64,000 nucleotides of DNA from Deltaproteobacteria bacterium (lineage in GTDB: Bacteria > Myxococcota_A > Polyangia > Polyangiales > Ga0077539), in the NCBI GenBank assembly GCA_947477565.1, contig CANJUR010000008.1, positions 14,265 to 78,264 of the forward strand, written 5' to 3'. Of this stretch, positions 30,242-39,210 are shown piece by piece (the stretch's first letter is position 1; every line of letters begins with the position of its first letter). A program made the translations under genes and the position numbers. The notes beneath the pieces were generated by a model, which worked only from the letters and a program-made list of their open reading frames with translations, did no database searches and was not told the origin of the DNA.

Positions 30242-30949
30242 ATGGGCGAGGTTGCCTTGACGATGCTCCACGCGTGGCCACTGCTCCCCGCTACGATGCG
30301 CGCACGACCAGACCCCTCCTCCCCGGACGCTCCGCTCCGGGTGTGCGTGCTCGCCGACGACGCCATCGCCCGCGCGGGCCTCTCCGGCATCCTCGCGGAG
30401 ACCGACCTCGTCGTCGAGAGCGCGCGCCTCACCACCGACCTCGACGGCGCCCTCGACGAACACTCCGCCGATGTGCTGCTCCTCGATGCCGGGGCTGATC
30501 CGCGGAGGGCTGCGGCGTGGCTCGACACGCTGCGCGCGACGACGGCCCCCACGGTGGTCCTACTGGTCGATCCGACCCGCCTCGAGGACGTCTTCGCGGC
30601 GGGGATTCTGGGTGCTCTGGCCCGGGATGCTCCGCCCGCGGTGGTGCGTGCGGCGCTCGTCTCCGCGGCGCGCGGCCTCGTGGTGATGGACGCAGGCTTC
30701 CATCGCGCCCGAACGCCCCTGACCAGCGAACGCCGCCCCGCCGAACCCATGGATTCGCTCACCCCACGCGAGGTCGAGGTGCTCGCCCTGCTCGCCACCG
30801 GCATGCCGAACAAGCTCATCGCCCACCACCTCGGAATCAGCGAGCACACGGCGAAGTTTCATGTGACGGCAGTGATGGGAAAGCTTGGAGCGCAGAGCCG
30901 TACCGACGCCGTGATTCGGGCCGCGCGACGGGGCATGGTCGCGCTCTGA
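30242..30949 (+). CDS. LuxR/FixJ-type transcriptional regulator with atypical receiver-like N-terminal domain
   Basis: The C-terminal HTH is LTPREVEVLALLATGMPNKLIAHHLGISEHTAKFHVTAVMGKLG. The N-terminal region has VLADD and LLLDAG. I could not find the conserved T/S and K receiver positions. The start codon is uncertain. Confidence 0.75.
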   Translation: MGEVALTMLHAWPLLPATMRARPDPSSPDAPLRVCVLADDAIARAGLSGILAETDLVVESARLTTDLDGALDEHSADVLLLDAGADPRRAAAWLDTLRATTAPTVVLLVDPTRLEDVFAAGILGALARDAPPAVVRAALVSAARGLVVMDAGFHRARTPLTSERRPAEPMDSLTPREVEVLALLATGMPNKLIAHHLGISEHTAKFHVTAVMGKLGAQSRTDAVIRAARRGMVAL

Positions 30950-30969
30950 GGGGCGACGCGCCGAGGCGT

Positions 30970-32073
30970 TCAGCGCAGCCCGAGCGACTCTGCCAGCGTG
31001 TAGATGGAAGACATCCCCGAGGCACGCTCGCGTCGCGCGATGGTGTGCACCATGTCTTGTGAGGCCGCGTTGACGGGGGTCGCGACCCCGAGCGCCCGGC
31101 CCCGCTCGACGACCTCTCCGTTGAGGAAATCCACCGCCGGCGGACGCCCCCGCTCGATGGCCGAAAGCATCGACGAGCGCATGCGCCGGTACCGCGCGCC
31201 CACCGCCAGAAGCAGCGTGTGCTTGGCCACCAGGCTCGGCGAACCCACGGTGCGACTCTCTTCTTCGGTAAGGGCGATCCAGTCGAGGTCGAGGGTTCCG
31301 CTCACCTTCTCCAGTCGGATGCCTGACGACTGCGCGACACGCACGGTCTCCGTCATGATCGCGAGCACGAGGCGTCGCACGGTGAGCGAGACCATCAGCG
31401 CGCCGAGGCGATCGCCGCCGATGGTTCCGATGGTGGAGATCGCGGCGTTGATGGCGAGTTTGCTCCAGCGCGCGCCGGCGAAGTTGTCGCTGCGGGTCAC
31501 CGGGCCAACGCATTCCAGGAGCACCGCCAGTCGCTCGAGCCGCGGGTCGGCCACGCCGTCCATTCGACCGATGGCGAATCCCCCGGCGGCGGTGCGCTCG
31601 AACAGGCCGGGCTCGGACATCGACGCCCCCCACGCGACCACCGCGCCGAGCACCCGGTCGGCCCCGGCGATCTTCGCGACGCGGTCTTCGCAGAGACCGT
31701 TCTGGAAGCACACCATTGCACCGCCGGGCGCGAGCCACGGGAGCGCAGCGCGCGCGGCCTCCTCGACGTGCGGTGGCTGCACAGCCAACACGATGAAGTC
31801 GAAGGGTTCGACGTCGTCCGTGAGCGCCGAGAGGCACAACCCAGGGACGGCGCGGGCGGGTTCGTTGCCCGTGAGCCGATAGCCGTGGCGGCGAATCGCG
31901 TCGGCGATGCCAGTGTTGGTTGAGTAGCCGACGACCTCGACGCCGAGGGACGACCAGGCTTCGGTGAGGCACGCCGCGGTGATGCCTCCGATACCGCCGC
32001 AACCGACCACCAGCACCCGCTCGGCCCGAACGACGAACTCACCGGGAAGCAACGAAGCACGAGGTTCGCTCAT
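30970..32073 (-). CDS. ketopantoate reductase (PanE/ApbA) family oxidoreductase
   Basis: The N-terminal Rossmann motif is VLVVGCGGIGG. Length and C-terminal helical domain are consistent with the ApbA family. The physiological substrate is not inferable. Confidence 0.7.
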   Translation of the reverse strand: MSEPRASLLPGEFVVRAERVLVVGCGGIGGITAACLTEAWSSLGVEVVGYSTNTGIADAIRRHGYRLTGNEPARAVPGLCLSALTDDVEPFDFIVLAVQPPHVEEAARAALPWLAPGGAMVCFQNGLCEDRVAKIAGADRVLGAVVAWGASMSEPGLFERTAAGGFAIGRMDGVADPRLERLAVLLECVGPVTRSDNFAGARWSKLAINAAISTIGTIGGDRLGALMVSLTVRRLVLAIMTETVRVAQSSGIRLEKVSGTLDLDWIALTEEESRTVGSPSLVAKHTLLLAVGARYRRMRSSMLSAIERGRPPAVDFLNGEVVERGRALGVATPVNAASQDMVHTIARRERASGMSSIYTLAESLGLR

Positions 32074-32125
32074 GAGGGAGGCGATCTACACCACGGAGGG
32101 CGCGGCTGCATCACCGCCGCAGCGA

Positions 32126-32201
32126 CCCTGCTCAACGCCGGGGACACCCTGCTCAACGCCGGGGACACCCTGCTCAACGCCAGGGACACCCTGTTCAACG
32201 G
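32126..32201. repeat. 21-bp direct repeat, about 3.6 copies, intergenic
   Basis: ccctgctcaacgccggggaca is perfect at 32126-32146 and 32147-32167. The copy at 32168-32188 has one mismatch. A partial copy (ccctgttcaacgg) starts at 32189. The tract begins 53 bp upstream of the PanE-family start. Confidence 0.9.
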
Positions 32202-32294
32202 ACGCGAGGGCTGAAATCAAGGGGTTTGCGTGCGAGGCCGACGCCGCGCACGGACGGTGTCGTCGCAAAAACACCGAAAGAATGGCCTTGCGCA

Positions 32295-32336
32295 GGGTCG
32301 TCGGACGGGTGAGCAGGGTGGTCGGACGGGTGAACA
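32295..32336. repeat. second, unrelated 21-bp direct repeat, 2 copies, intergenic
   Basis: gggtcgtcggacgggtgagca (32295-32315) is followed by gggtggtcggacgggtgaaca (32316-32336), with 2 mismatches. Confidence 0.85.
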
Positions 32337-32486
32337 GGCGATGGGCGCTTCGCTTCCCATCCAGAGAGAGCTCGGCAGTACAATGGCGGAGGTCGGACGC
32401 GCGGCGGGCCTTCTCAACCCCACCACGGCACTGCACCACAACCCAACCACACGCTCGATTTCCCGAAAGGCCAGGGTCCCCTCCCG

Positions 32487-33269
32487 ATGAGCACTACCGA
32501 AGTTGTTCCGTCCCGCGACACGCTCGACCGCGCTCCGGTCAGGGCGCTTGGATTCCTGATTGGGGTGGGGCGCAATCCGGCCATCCGTGGCGCCATGGAA
32601 ACCCGCGGATACTCCACCGCCGAACACAACCACGGATGGCACCTGCTCCGCTCGCTGGACCCCGCCGCGACGCCCGCCGGGGGCGCTGCGACGAGAGCGC
32701 AGTCCGATCCTGCGGTGCGCACTGCCATCGCGGCCCTGGACGCCTGGGACAACGACAACCTCCCCATCGCGGACGTGGCCCTCGTCAAGCGCGAACCCGC
32801 CGCCCACGCGTGGCTCTTCGCCAACGGACTCGCACCCGCGGACGGGTGGGCGTCGGTGCCCGTGGTGGCGATCTTTCTCGACCGAATCGATTCCCTCGAG
32901 GCGCGCGCGGAGAAAGAGAAGACCGGGAAAAAAGTGCGCGTGGCCGACGGCGTGACGCTCGCCCAGGCGAAGGCCGCGATGGGAATCCTCGCGAGCCGGG
33001 GCATCACCGCCGAGATTCGCGTGACGGCCCGCGCATGGATCGCCACGGTTCAGAAGGGCGCCACGCCCGCCGCGCCTGCGAGTCCGAAGGTGTCCGACGA
33101 GCCGACGACGGCAGCGAGCGACCTCCACGACTGGATCTCGGAGTGGACGCTCGTCGCGCGCAAGGTGCTCAAGCGACGCGACCACCTCATTGCCATTGGC
33201 ATCGGGGAGAAGAAGGCCGCCCGCCGCGGCGCGAAGCCGGGCGTCGGAGGCGATACCCCCGCGGGGTGA
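32487..33269 (+). CDS. hypothetical protein
   Basis: 260-aa ORF with strong GC3 bias over its whole length. It has no signal peptide and no recognisable SD. No family recognised. Confidence 0.6.
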   Translation: MSTTEVVPSRDTLDRAPVRALGFLIGVGRNPAIRGAMETRGYSTAEHNHGWHLLRSLDPAATPAGGAATRAQSDPAVRTAIAALDAWDNDNLPIADVALVKREPAAHAWLFANGLAPADGWASVPVVAIFLDRIDSLEARAEKEKTGKKVRVADGVTLAQAKAAMGILASRGITAEIRVTARAWIATVQKGATPAAPASPKVSDEPTTAASDLHDWISEWTLVARKVLKRRDHLIAIGIGEKKAARRGAKPGVGGDTPAG

Positions 33270-33339
33270 CCCCGGAAGCGACGCCGCCGCCGCGTTGACG
33301 CCGAGCCCCGCGCGCGGGTAGTGCCCGTGACCCCATCCC

Positions 33340-34110
33340 ATGAACCCCAAAGACGACGGCAAGGCCCCCTGGTTGCGCGAGGCGGTCACCGTCGCTGCGA
33401 GCGTTCGCCTCGACGACGAGGTGACCTTCGACGCCCGCAACGTCGCGCGCATCCGATACCGAGGCATCAACGTCAAAGAGGCGTTCACCGTGCGCGACGC
33501 CGACGGGCGCTTCTTTCGCGCCGCGCTGCGAACATGCGAGGGAGACGTCGCGACGGCGCTCGCCTACGAGGCGATGGAGAACGATCCAGAGTCGCCGCTG
33601 GCGATCACGCTGTTCAATGCGGTTCCGCAGAGGCAGCGGATGCTCTGGGTCACGCAAAAGGCCGCGGAGCTGGGCGTGTTCGCGATACAGCCGGTGTTTA
33701 CCGTGCGATCGGTTCAGGCGGACGGGCTCGCGCACGAGAAGGCGCACGCCTGGCCCGCGCAGGCCATCAAAGGGGCGCGGCAATGCCGACGGTCCATCGT
33801 GCCGGAGGTGATGCGCTCGCTCCCGCTGGCCGAAGCGCTCGCCACGCCGGCCTGGACGGGCGCCTCGCTCCGAGTGGTGATCGACGACCGGGCCGAGGCC
33901 GCGACCACCGCATCGACCGGCGTGCCGACCTCCGTCGCGCTCGTGGTGGGGCCCGAAGGAGGCTTCAACGCCCAGGAGCGCGAGATGCTGCGGGCCGCGG
34001 GGGCAGCGATGTGGCGACTGGGCGGGCGGGTGATGCGCGCGGAGACGGCTTCCATCGCGGGCATCGCGGTGCTGCAGCATCGATTTGGTGACCTGACCAT
34101 CGCGGGCTGA
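33340..34110 (+). CDS. rsmE: 16S rRNA (uracil1498-N3)-methyltransferase
   Basis: RsmE-type pattern: ...LFNAVPQRQRMLWVTQKAAELGVFAIQPVFTVRSV... and VVGPEGGFNAQEREML...RLGGRVMRAETASIAGIAVLQ. Confidence 0.82.
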   Translation: MNPKDDGKAPWLREAVTVAASVRLDDEVTFDARNVARIRYRGINVKEAFTVRDADGRFFRAALRTCEGDVATALAYEAMENDPESPLAITLFNAVPQRQRMLWVTQKAAELGVFAIQPVFTVRSVQADGLAHEKAHAWPAQAIKGARQCRRSIVPEVMRSLPLAEALATPAWTGASLRVVIDDRAEAATTASTGVPTSVALVVGPEGGFNAQEREMLRAAGAAMWRLGGRVMRAETASIAGIAVLQHRFGDLTIAG

Positions 34111-34278
34111 GAGCCATGGTCGTCGGCGCAATGGGCGATGCGGGCCCTGGTCATCAACCCGGCCACGAAGATGAGGACAACCATCCGCCCTCCTGGGAGA
34201 GGCGCTGCGCGGTAGCGCGTCCTGACACGCGCTTGTTGTTCGCGTCTCCGATGCCGCACCCGTAGAGTCCCCCCCGCG

Positions 34279-35679
34279 TTGTCCAGCTTACTGGTGTCCC
34301 GCAAGACCTTCGGCCTCGCGCTCCTCGATGGCATCGTCGTGCTCAGCGCGCTGGCCGCCTCGGCGACGCTCGCCCGCATCGGATCAGGCTTCTCGCTGCT
34401 CACGATTCTCGTGCGCGAGTGGAAGGGCGCGACGCTCATCGCGCTGTCGGTGCACCTCCTCGCGTTCTATGTGTTCGAGCTCTACAACCTGCGGCTCAAC
34501 TTCCGGCGGCTGCGCAACCTGCTCCGCTGCGTGGGTGCGGTCGCCATCGCCGCCATCGCGCTGGCCGTCTCGAGCTTCGTCGTTCCGCGCTGGGGATTCG
34601 GCCGCACCCTTTTCAGCCTGCACGCCATCTTCCTCGCGATCGGCACGTGCGTCTCCCGCGTCGCCCTCTCGCGCTTCATCGAACTCCGCGAGCCTCCCGA
34701 TCGCGCACTGATCGTGACCGGCGCGCCCGTCCCCGAGGAGGTTCTGGAGGAGCTTGCGCGCAATCCCGAGAGCCCTTTCTCCGTGGTCGGAATGATCTCC
34801 GTCGGGCGACCGTCGATGATCTTCGACCCGCTGCACGCACCCACCCCGGCGCCCATCTCGCCGATGGCCGAGTGCGCAGCCGCGCTCCGCCGGGCGAACT
34901 CGCGCGACCTGCTGGTCGCCAACCTCGACCAGCTTCCCACCAGAGCCGCGCAAGAACTCCTCCGCCTCAAGGGCGAAGGCATCCGCGTGCGCGATCTCGC
35001 TTCGATCTACCAGGGCCTCTCCGGGCGCATGCCCCTGAAGCTCGTGGACGACCTCTACTTCCTGCGCGTCGCGGCCTTCTCACGAGACACCGACCCGGTG
35101 CTGAGCAACCTGCTCCGGGTGTTCGATGTCCTCGTGGCGCTGTTGCTCCTCGCGCTCTCCTGGCCGCTGTGGATCCTGGCCTACCTCGGCATCAAGCTGA
35201 CCATGCCCGGCCCCGCGCTCTTCTCGCAGGAGCGCGTCGGCAAGGACGAGATCCCGTACACGATCTACAAGTTTCGCTCGATGCGCCTCGACGCCGAGAA
35301 AGACGGCCCGAAGTGGGCCACGCAAAACGACGATCGCGTCACGCCGTTCGGTCGCTTCTTGCGCCGCACCCGCATCGACGAACTCCCGCAACTCTGGAAC
35401 GTCCTGCGCGGCGACATGTCCCTCGTCGGCCCTCGCCCAGAGCGCGCGGTGTTTGTCTCTCAACTCATCCGCGAGGTGCCCTACTACGCGCTGCGCTTCC
35501 AGGTCCGACCGGGTCTCACGGGATGGGCGCAGGTCAACTACCGCTACGGCGCCTCCGTGGACGACACGCGAGTGAAGCTCTCCTACGACCTCTTCTACAT
35601 CCAGGGCCGCTCGTTCTCGCTCTTCGCCGTGACGCTTCTCAAGACGGTGCAAACGGTGCTCTTCAAGCCCGGGTCGTAG
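34279..35679 (+). CDS. polyprenyl-phosphate glycosyl-1-phosphate transferase (WbaP/EpsZ-type initiating sugar transferase)
   Basis: The N-terminus is multi-TM. The C-terminal bacterial sugar-transferase domain shows [26 protein letters not shown] and [21 protein letters not shown]. The start is TTG at 34279. Confidence 0.88.
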   Translation: MSSLLVSRKTFGLALLDGIVVLSALAASATLARIGSGFSLLTILVREWKGATLIALSVHLLAFYVFELYNLRLNFRRLRNLLRCVGAVAIAAIALAVSSFVVPRWGFGRTLFSLHAIFLAIGTCVSRVALSRFIELREPPDRALIVTGAPVPEEVLEELARNPESPFSVVGMISVGRPSMIFDPLHAPTPAPISPMAECAAALRRANSRDLLVANLDQLPTRAAQELLRLKGEGIRVRDLASIYQGLSGRMPLKLVDDLYFLRVAAFSRDTDPVLSNLLRVFDVLVALLLLALSWPLWILAYLGIKLTMPGPALFSQERVGKDEIPYTIYKFRSMRLDAEKDGPKWATQNDDRVTPFGRFLRRTRIDELPQLWNVLRGDMSLVGPRPERAVFVSQLIREVPYYALRFQVRPGLTGWAQVNYRYGASVDDTRVKLSYDLFYIQGRSFSLFAVTLLKTVQTVLFKPGS

Positions 35680-35710
35680 TCCCTTCCGGGTGCTAGGATC
35701 CGCGCGCCCA

Positions 35711-36775
35711 ATGTCTACGCGCCCACTCCCTATCTTGATGGTTGCCCTGGCTGGTTGCCTTGCGCTCGATGGGTGCTCGACCCCGGCCTTCACGCTTCGC
35801 ATCGACGCCGGCGAGAGCGTCGACGTCGGCATCGTGAGGCCCGCCGACGTCGCACCCACGCCAACCAACGACGTCCCTGTGACTCCCATCGACGCGATCA
35901 CCACTGCCGCCGACGTCTCCGTGCCCCCGGTCGATCGCCCCGCGACGACGATCGATGTCGGCGCACCCATGGACGTCGGAACAACCACTCCAGGGACGGT
36001 TCCGGCTTCCATCGCGCGGGCGCTTCCGGCCTTTGACGCGGCGACCCTCGCGCGCGTCCGGGCCATCCGCGCCGACGGCCTGCGCCGGGGCAATCGCCCC
36101 AACGTGTTCACCAAGATCGGCGACTCCATCACCGAAGCCGGCGGATTTCTCCAGGACATCGGCGACGGCTACTTCGACCTCGCCGGGTACGACTGGCTGA
36201 TGCCCACGCTCACGTACTTCAACAGCGTCCACTTCGCCGACGGCCGCTCCAGCTTCAACCGGTACAGCCTCAGCGCGATGGGTGGGTGGGTCTCCAGCCA
36301 GCCTCTCGATGGCGACCCCAACAGCCCGCTGCGCAACGAACTCGCCGCGACCCGCCCCCTCTACGGCATCGTGATGATCGGCACCAACGACCTCGATCGC
36401 AGCACCCTCGCGGTGTACACGGCCAACCTCACCCGCATCGTCACGATCATGGAGGGCAACGGCACCGTGCCCATCGTTTCGACGATTCCCGACCGCAACG
36501 ATCAGGCGACGCCGGCCGCGCGCGTGCCCTCCTTCAACGACGCCATCCGAGCGCTCGCCCGCACGCGCAACCTCCCTCTCATCGACTACTGGCTCACGAT
36601 GCACGACCTCCCCGCGCACGGCGTCAGCGACGACGGAATCCACCCGTCGATCTGGCGCAACATGGGCGACCCCCAGGCCACCGACTTCCGCGACGTCGCG
36701 ATGCAGTACGGCTACAACATGCGCAACCTCACGGCGCTGCTCATGTTCGATCGCCTGCGCTCGCTCCCGCAGTGA
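35711..36775 (+). CDS. SGNH/GDSL-family hydrolase lipoprotein
   Basis: Lipobox LALDGC, a block I motif KIGDSITE, and IMIGTNDL. The start is ATG 35711; GTG 35690 is an alternative. Confidence 0.8.
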   Translation: MSTRPLPILMVALAGCLALDGCSTPAFTLRIDAGESVDVGIVRPADVAPTPTNDVPVTPIDAITTAADVSVPPVDRPATTIDVGAPMDVGTTTPGTVPASIARALPAFDAATLARVRAIRADGLRRGNRPNVFTKIGDSITEAGGFLQDIGDGYFDLAGYDWLMPTLTYFNSVHFADGRSSFNRYSLSAMGGWVSSQPLDGDPNSPLRNELAATRPLYGIVMIGTNDLDRSTLAVYTANLTRIVTIMEGNGTVPIVSTIPDRNDQATPAARVPSFNDAIRALARTRNLPLIDYWLTMHDLPAHGVSDDGIHPSIWRNMGDPQATDFRDVAMQYGYNMRNLTALLMFDRLRSLPQ

Positions 36776-37560
36776 CGGCCCGCCGATTCCTCCTCGCCCT
36801 CGCCCTCACGGGCTGTACGCGCCGCATCCCTCCCCCGCAGGTTCGCGTGGTGGAGTCGGTCGCGCCCGCACGCCCGATGGTGGCCTGGTCCACCGTCGCG
36901 CCGGGCTTCACATGGACGCAGGTCGAGCTGCCGTTCGACGAAGAACGGCTTCTCTGGACGGTGCTGCGCTTCGACCTTTCGCGGTGGTCTTTGCAAGTCG
37001 AGCGCTCACCCGATGACACGGTCACCGGACTCGCGCGCACCGCGGCCGTCAACGCCGGCTACTTCGAGCCCGACCACGCACCGAGCGGGTTGCTCATCTC
37101 CCGGGGACACGTCCTCGGTCGCCCCGCGACGCGCGGCGGCAGCGGCGTGCTCACCCTCCGGAACGGCCGCGCGAGCATCGAAGCCTCCGCTGGGTTTCCC
37201 GAAGACTTCGCGGGCGAACTCGCCGTGCAGTGCGGCCCGCGCCTCGTCGAGGAGGGCGGCCTCGTCGGCGTTCACCGCGACGACGGACACCGCTTCGCAC
37301 GCACCGCAGCGTGCGTCCGCGACGCAGGGCGCACCCTCGACCTCGTCCTCACCTGGAACCTCCACGACCCCCTGCGCGGACCCGGTCTCCAGTGGTTCGC
37401 GCGCCGCCTCGCAGGCCCGTCGCCCACCGGCGACCCTAGCGGATGCGAGCGCGCCCTCAACCTCGACGGCGGACCCTCCACAGGCTTCTCCATCGCAGGA
37501 GCGCCAGGCCACCCCGCGCTCGGTCCCACTCCGTGGCTGCTGACCGCGCACGCGCTGTGA
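36772..37560 (+). CDS. phosphodiester glycosidase family (NAGPA/DUF2233-like) lipoprotein
   Basis: The GTG start makes a GTGA overlap with the SGNH gene stop. Lipobox LALALTGC. Motifs AVNAGYF and ALNLDGGPST are typical of the family. Only the last 262 codons of the 424-aa track ORF are used. Confidence 0.78.
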   Translation: MTARRFLLALALTGCTRRIPPPQVRVVESVAPARPMVAWSTVAPGFTWTQVELPFDEERLLWTVLRFDLSRWSLQVERSPDDTVTGLARTAAVNAGYFEPDHAPSGLLISRGHVLGRPATRGGSGVLTLRNGRASIEASAGFPEDFAGELAVQCGPRLVEEGGLVGVHRDDGHRFARTAACVRDAGRTLDLVLTWNLHDPLRGPGLQWFARRLAGPSPTGDPSGCERALNLDGGPSTGFSIAGAPGHPALGPTPWLLTAHAL

Positions 37561-37595
37561 TCGCCACCCATGCGAGCGTCTGGCATCCTCCGCGA

Positions 37596-39206
37596 ATGAT
37601 CCGGTTTTTTACCCGTGCCGTAATCCTACTGGGGCTCGTCGGCGCGCTGGCGTGCTCGCGAGGGGAGATCCCGGCGATTCCCGACTCGGGTGTTGAAGAC
37701 GACGCTGCGACCTTCGACCTCGGCATCGACCCGCGCTGCGGATCATCCCGTTCGCCCTGCTGCGGCGGCCGCGCATGCAACCGCACCCTGGCCTGCGAGG
37801 AGGGCCTGTGCTGCGGTCTCGCAGGCGCCGACTGCGCCAGCCAACTCGATTGCTGTGGGCTCTACGGCTGCAACGAAGGGAGGTGCTGCGTTGACGTCGG
37901 CGGCCTCTGCGAATCCTCCGCGGATTGTTGCTCCGGTGGCCTCTGCCGCGACGGCCTGTGCGAGCGCGGCAACGAGTGCGGGGTGATCGGTCAGCGGTGC
38001 TGCGCGGGCGACCTCTGCGCGAGCGGCGGCGCGTGCGCGAGCGGGATGTGCGTCGCCTGCGGTCATGCCGACGCGCCGTGCTGCGACGGGCGCTGCGAGG
38101 CTGGACTGCAGTGCACCGGCGGCAGCTGCCGGGTTCCGCTGGCGTGCGGCGCGCTCGGGCAGGCGTGCTGCAACGGTCGAGCGTGCGAGCGCGGCAGCGA
38201 GTGCACCGCGGGCGTGTGTCGGCAGCCCGCCCGCTGCGGCGCGATGGGCGAGGTCTGTTGCCCCGGGAGCGCCTGCACCACCCCCCTCGTCTGCGCCGCC
38301 GGAACCTGCTCCACCCCCGCCCCGACCTGCGGCTCCCTCGGACAAACCTGCTGCTCCGGACAGGCCTGCAGCGCCCCGCTCAACTGCAGCAGCGGCGCAT
38401 GCGCGGCCTGCAACGCTCCCGGCACGCCGTGCACCCTCGCCTCGCAGTGCTGCTCGGGCTTCGACTGCCGCCCCACGCCCGTGAGCAGCCGGTGCTGCCA
38501 TCGGCAGGGTGCCACCTGCGCCAACTCGCTGGAGTGCTGCGGTCAGATGCTCTGCGACGACTCCGGCCACTGCGCCTGCCAGGCGCTGGGGCTCGCGTGC
38601 GTCGATGACAACGACTGCTGCACTGGCTCCCGCTGCACCGGCGGGGTGTGCCAGACCACGGCCGCCTGCCGCCCCGCGGGCAGCACCGGATGCACCACCG
38701 GGGAGGAGTGCTGCCAGGGGCTCCTTTGCGCGCAGGGCGCCACCGGCCGGGCTTGCTGCGCCGGCGCCACCGCGACGTGCACGCCCACGGACGGCGGAGT
38801 CGGCACCGGATGCTGCGGATCCATGGCCTGCAACCGCATCGGAACGGCAGGCTACTGCGCTTGCCGCATCCTCGACGAAAGCTGCGGCTCGAGCACCGAC
38901 TGCTGCCCTGGCTTCACGTGCTCGGGCAACCGGTGCCGACCGCCCAGCACCACCTGCCTCGGCACCGCCAACACCACCGTGTGCGCCTCCGCGGCGCAGT
39001 GCTGCAGCACCCTGACGTGCGCCATCCTGCGCGGCGCACAGCGTTGCTGCACCGGGGCGCGCGGCGGCTGCCGGACCAGCACCGAGTGCTGCGGCGCCAT
39101 GCTGTGCGCCGCCGGGCGCTGCGCCTGCCGCGAGGCCGCGAGCAGCTGTAGCCAGGACGGCGACTGCTGCACCGGCCACTGCACCGCCGGGCGCTGCGGA
39201 CCGTAA
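37596..39206 (+). CDS. hyper-cysteine-rich lipoprotein composed of about 17 tandem cystine-knot-like modules
   Basis: ATG 37596 gives MIRFFTRAVILLGLVGALAC, a lipobox. I hand-count about 103 Cys in 536 aa. The recurring spacing is C-x5-6-CC-x3-4-C-x4-8-C, with some six-Cys units C-x6-8-C-x5-CC-x4-C-x8-C. A central block holds five near-regular 27-31-aa units (CGVIGQRCC..., CGHADAPCC..., CGALGQACC..., CGAMGEVCC..., CGSLGQTCC...). Confidence 0.8.
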   Translation: MIRFFTRAVILLGLVGALACSRGEIPAIPDSGVEDDAATFDLGIDPRCGSSRSPCCGGRACNRTLACEEGLCCGLAGADCASQLDCCGLYGCNEGRCCVDVGGLCESSADCCSGGLCRDGLCERGNECGVIGQRCCAGDLCASGGACASGMCVACGHADAPCCDGRCEAGLQCTGGSCRVPLACGALGQACCNGRACERGSECTAGVCRQPARCGAMGEVCCPGSACTTPLVCAAGTCSTPAPTCGSLGQTCCSGQACSAPLNCSSGACAACNAPGTPCTLASQCCSGFDCRPTPVSSRCCHRQGATCANSLECCGQMLCDDSGHCACQALGLACVDDNDCCTGSRCTGGVCQTTAACRPAGSTGCTTGEECCQGLLCAQGATGRACCAGATATCTPTDGGVGTGCCGSMACNRIGTAGYCACRILDESCGSSTDCCPGFTCSGNRCRPPSTTCLGTANTTVCASAAQCCSTLTCAILRGAQRCCTGARGGCRTSTECCGAMLCAAGRCACREAASSCSQDGDCCTGHCTAGRCGP

Positions 39207-39210
39207 ACCG

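Noticed and set aside
34111-34193. Minus-strand ATG at 34184 preceded by a perfect GGAGGG (34188-34193), encoding a hydrophobic start MVVLIFVAGLM
   Set aside because: The SD-ATG spacing is only 3 nt. The frame continues without a stop far into the antisense of rsmE (to 33714), with wrong-frame composition, and there is no independent support.
37743-39179. 478-aa Ala/Gly-rich ORF on the minus strand, almost exactly antisense to the Cys-repeat gene
   Set aside because: It is the mirror image of the TGC/GGC-rich sense frame, because Cys TGC reads as Ala GCA on the other strand. It has no signal, start context or domain features, whereas the + frame has a lipobox and a highly regular Cys pattern.
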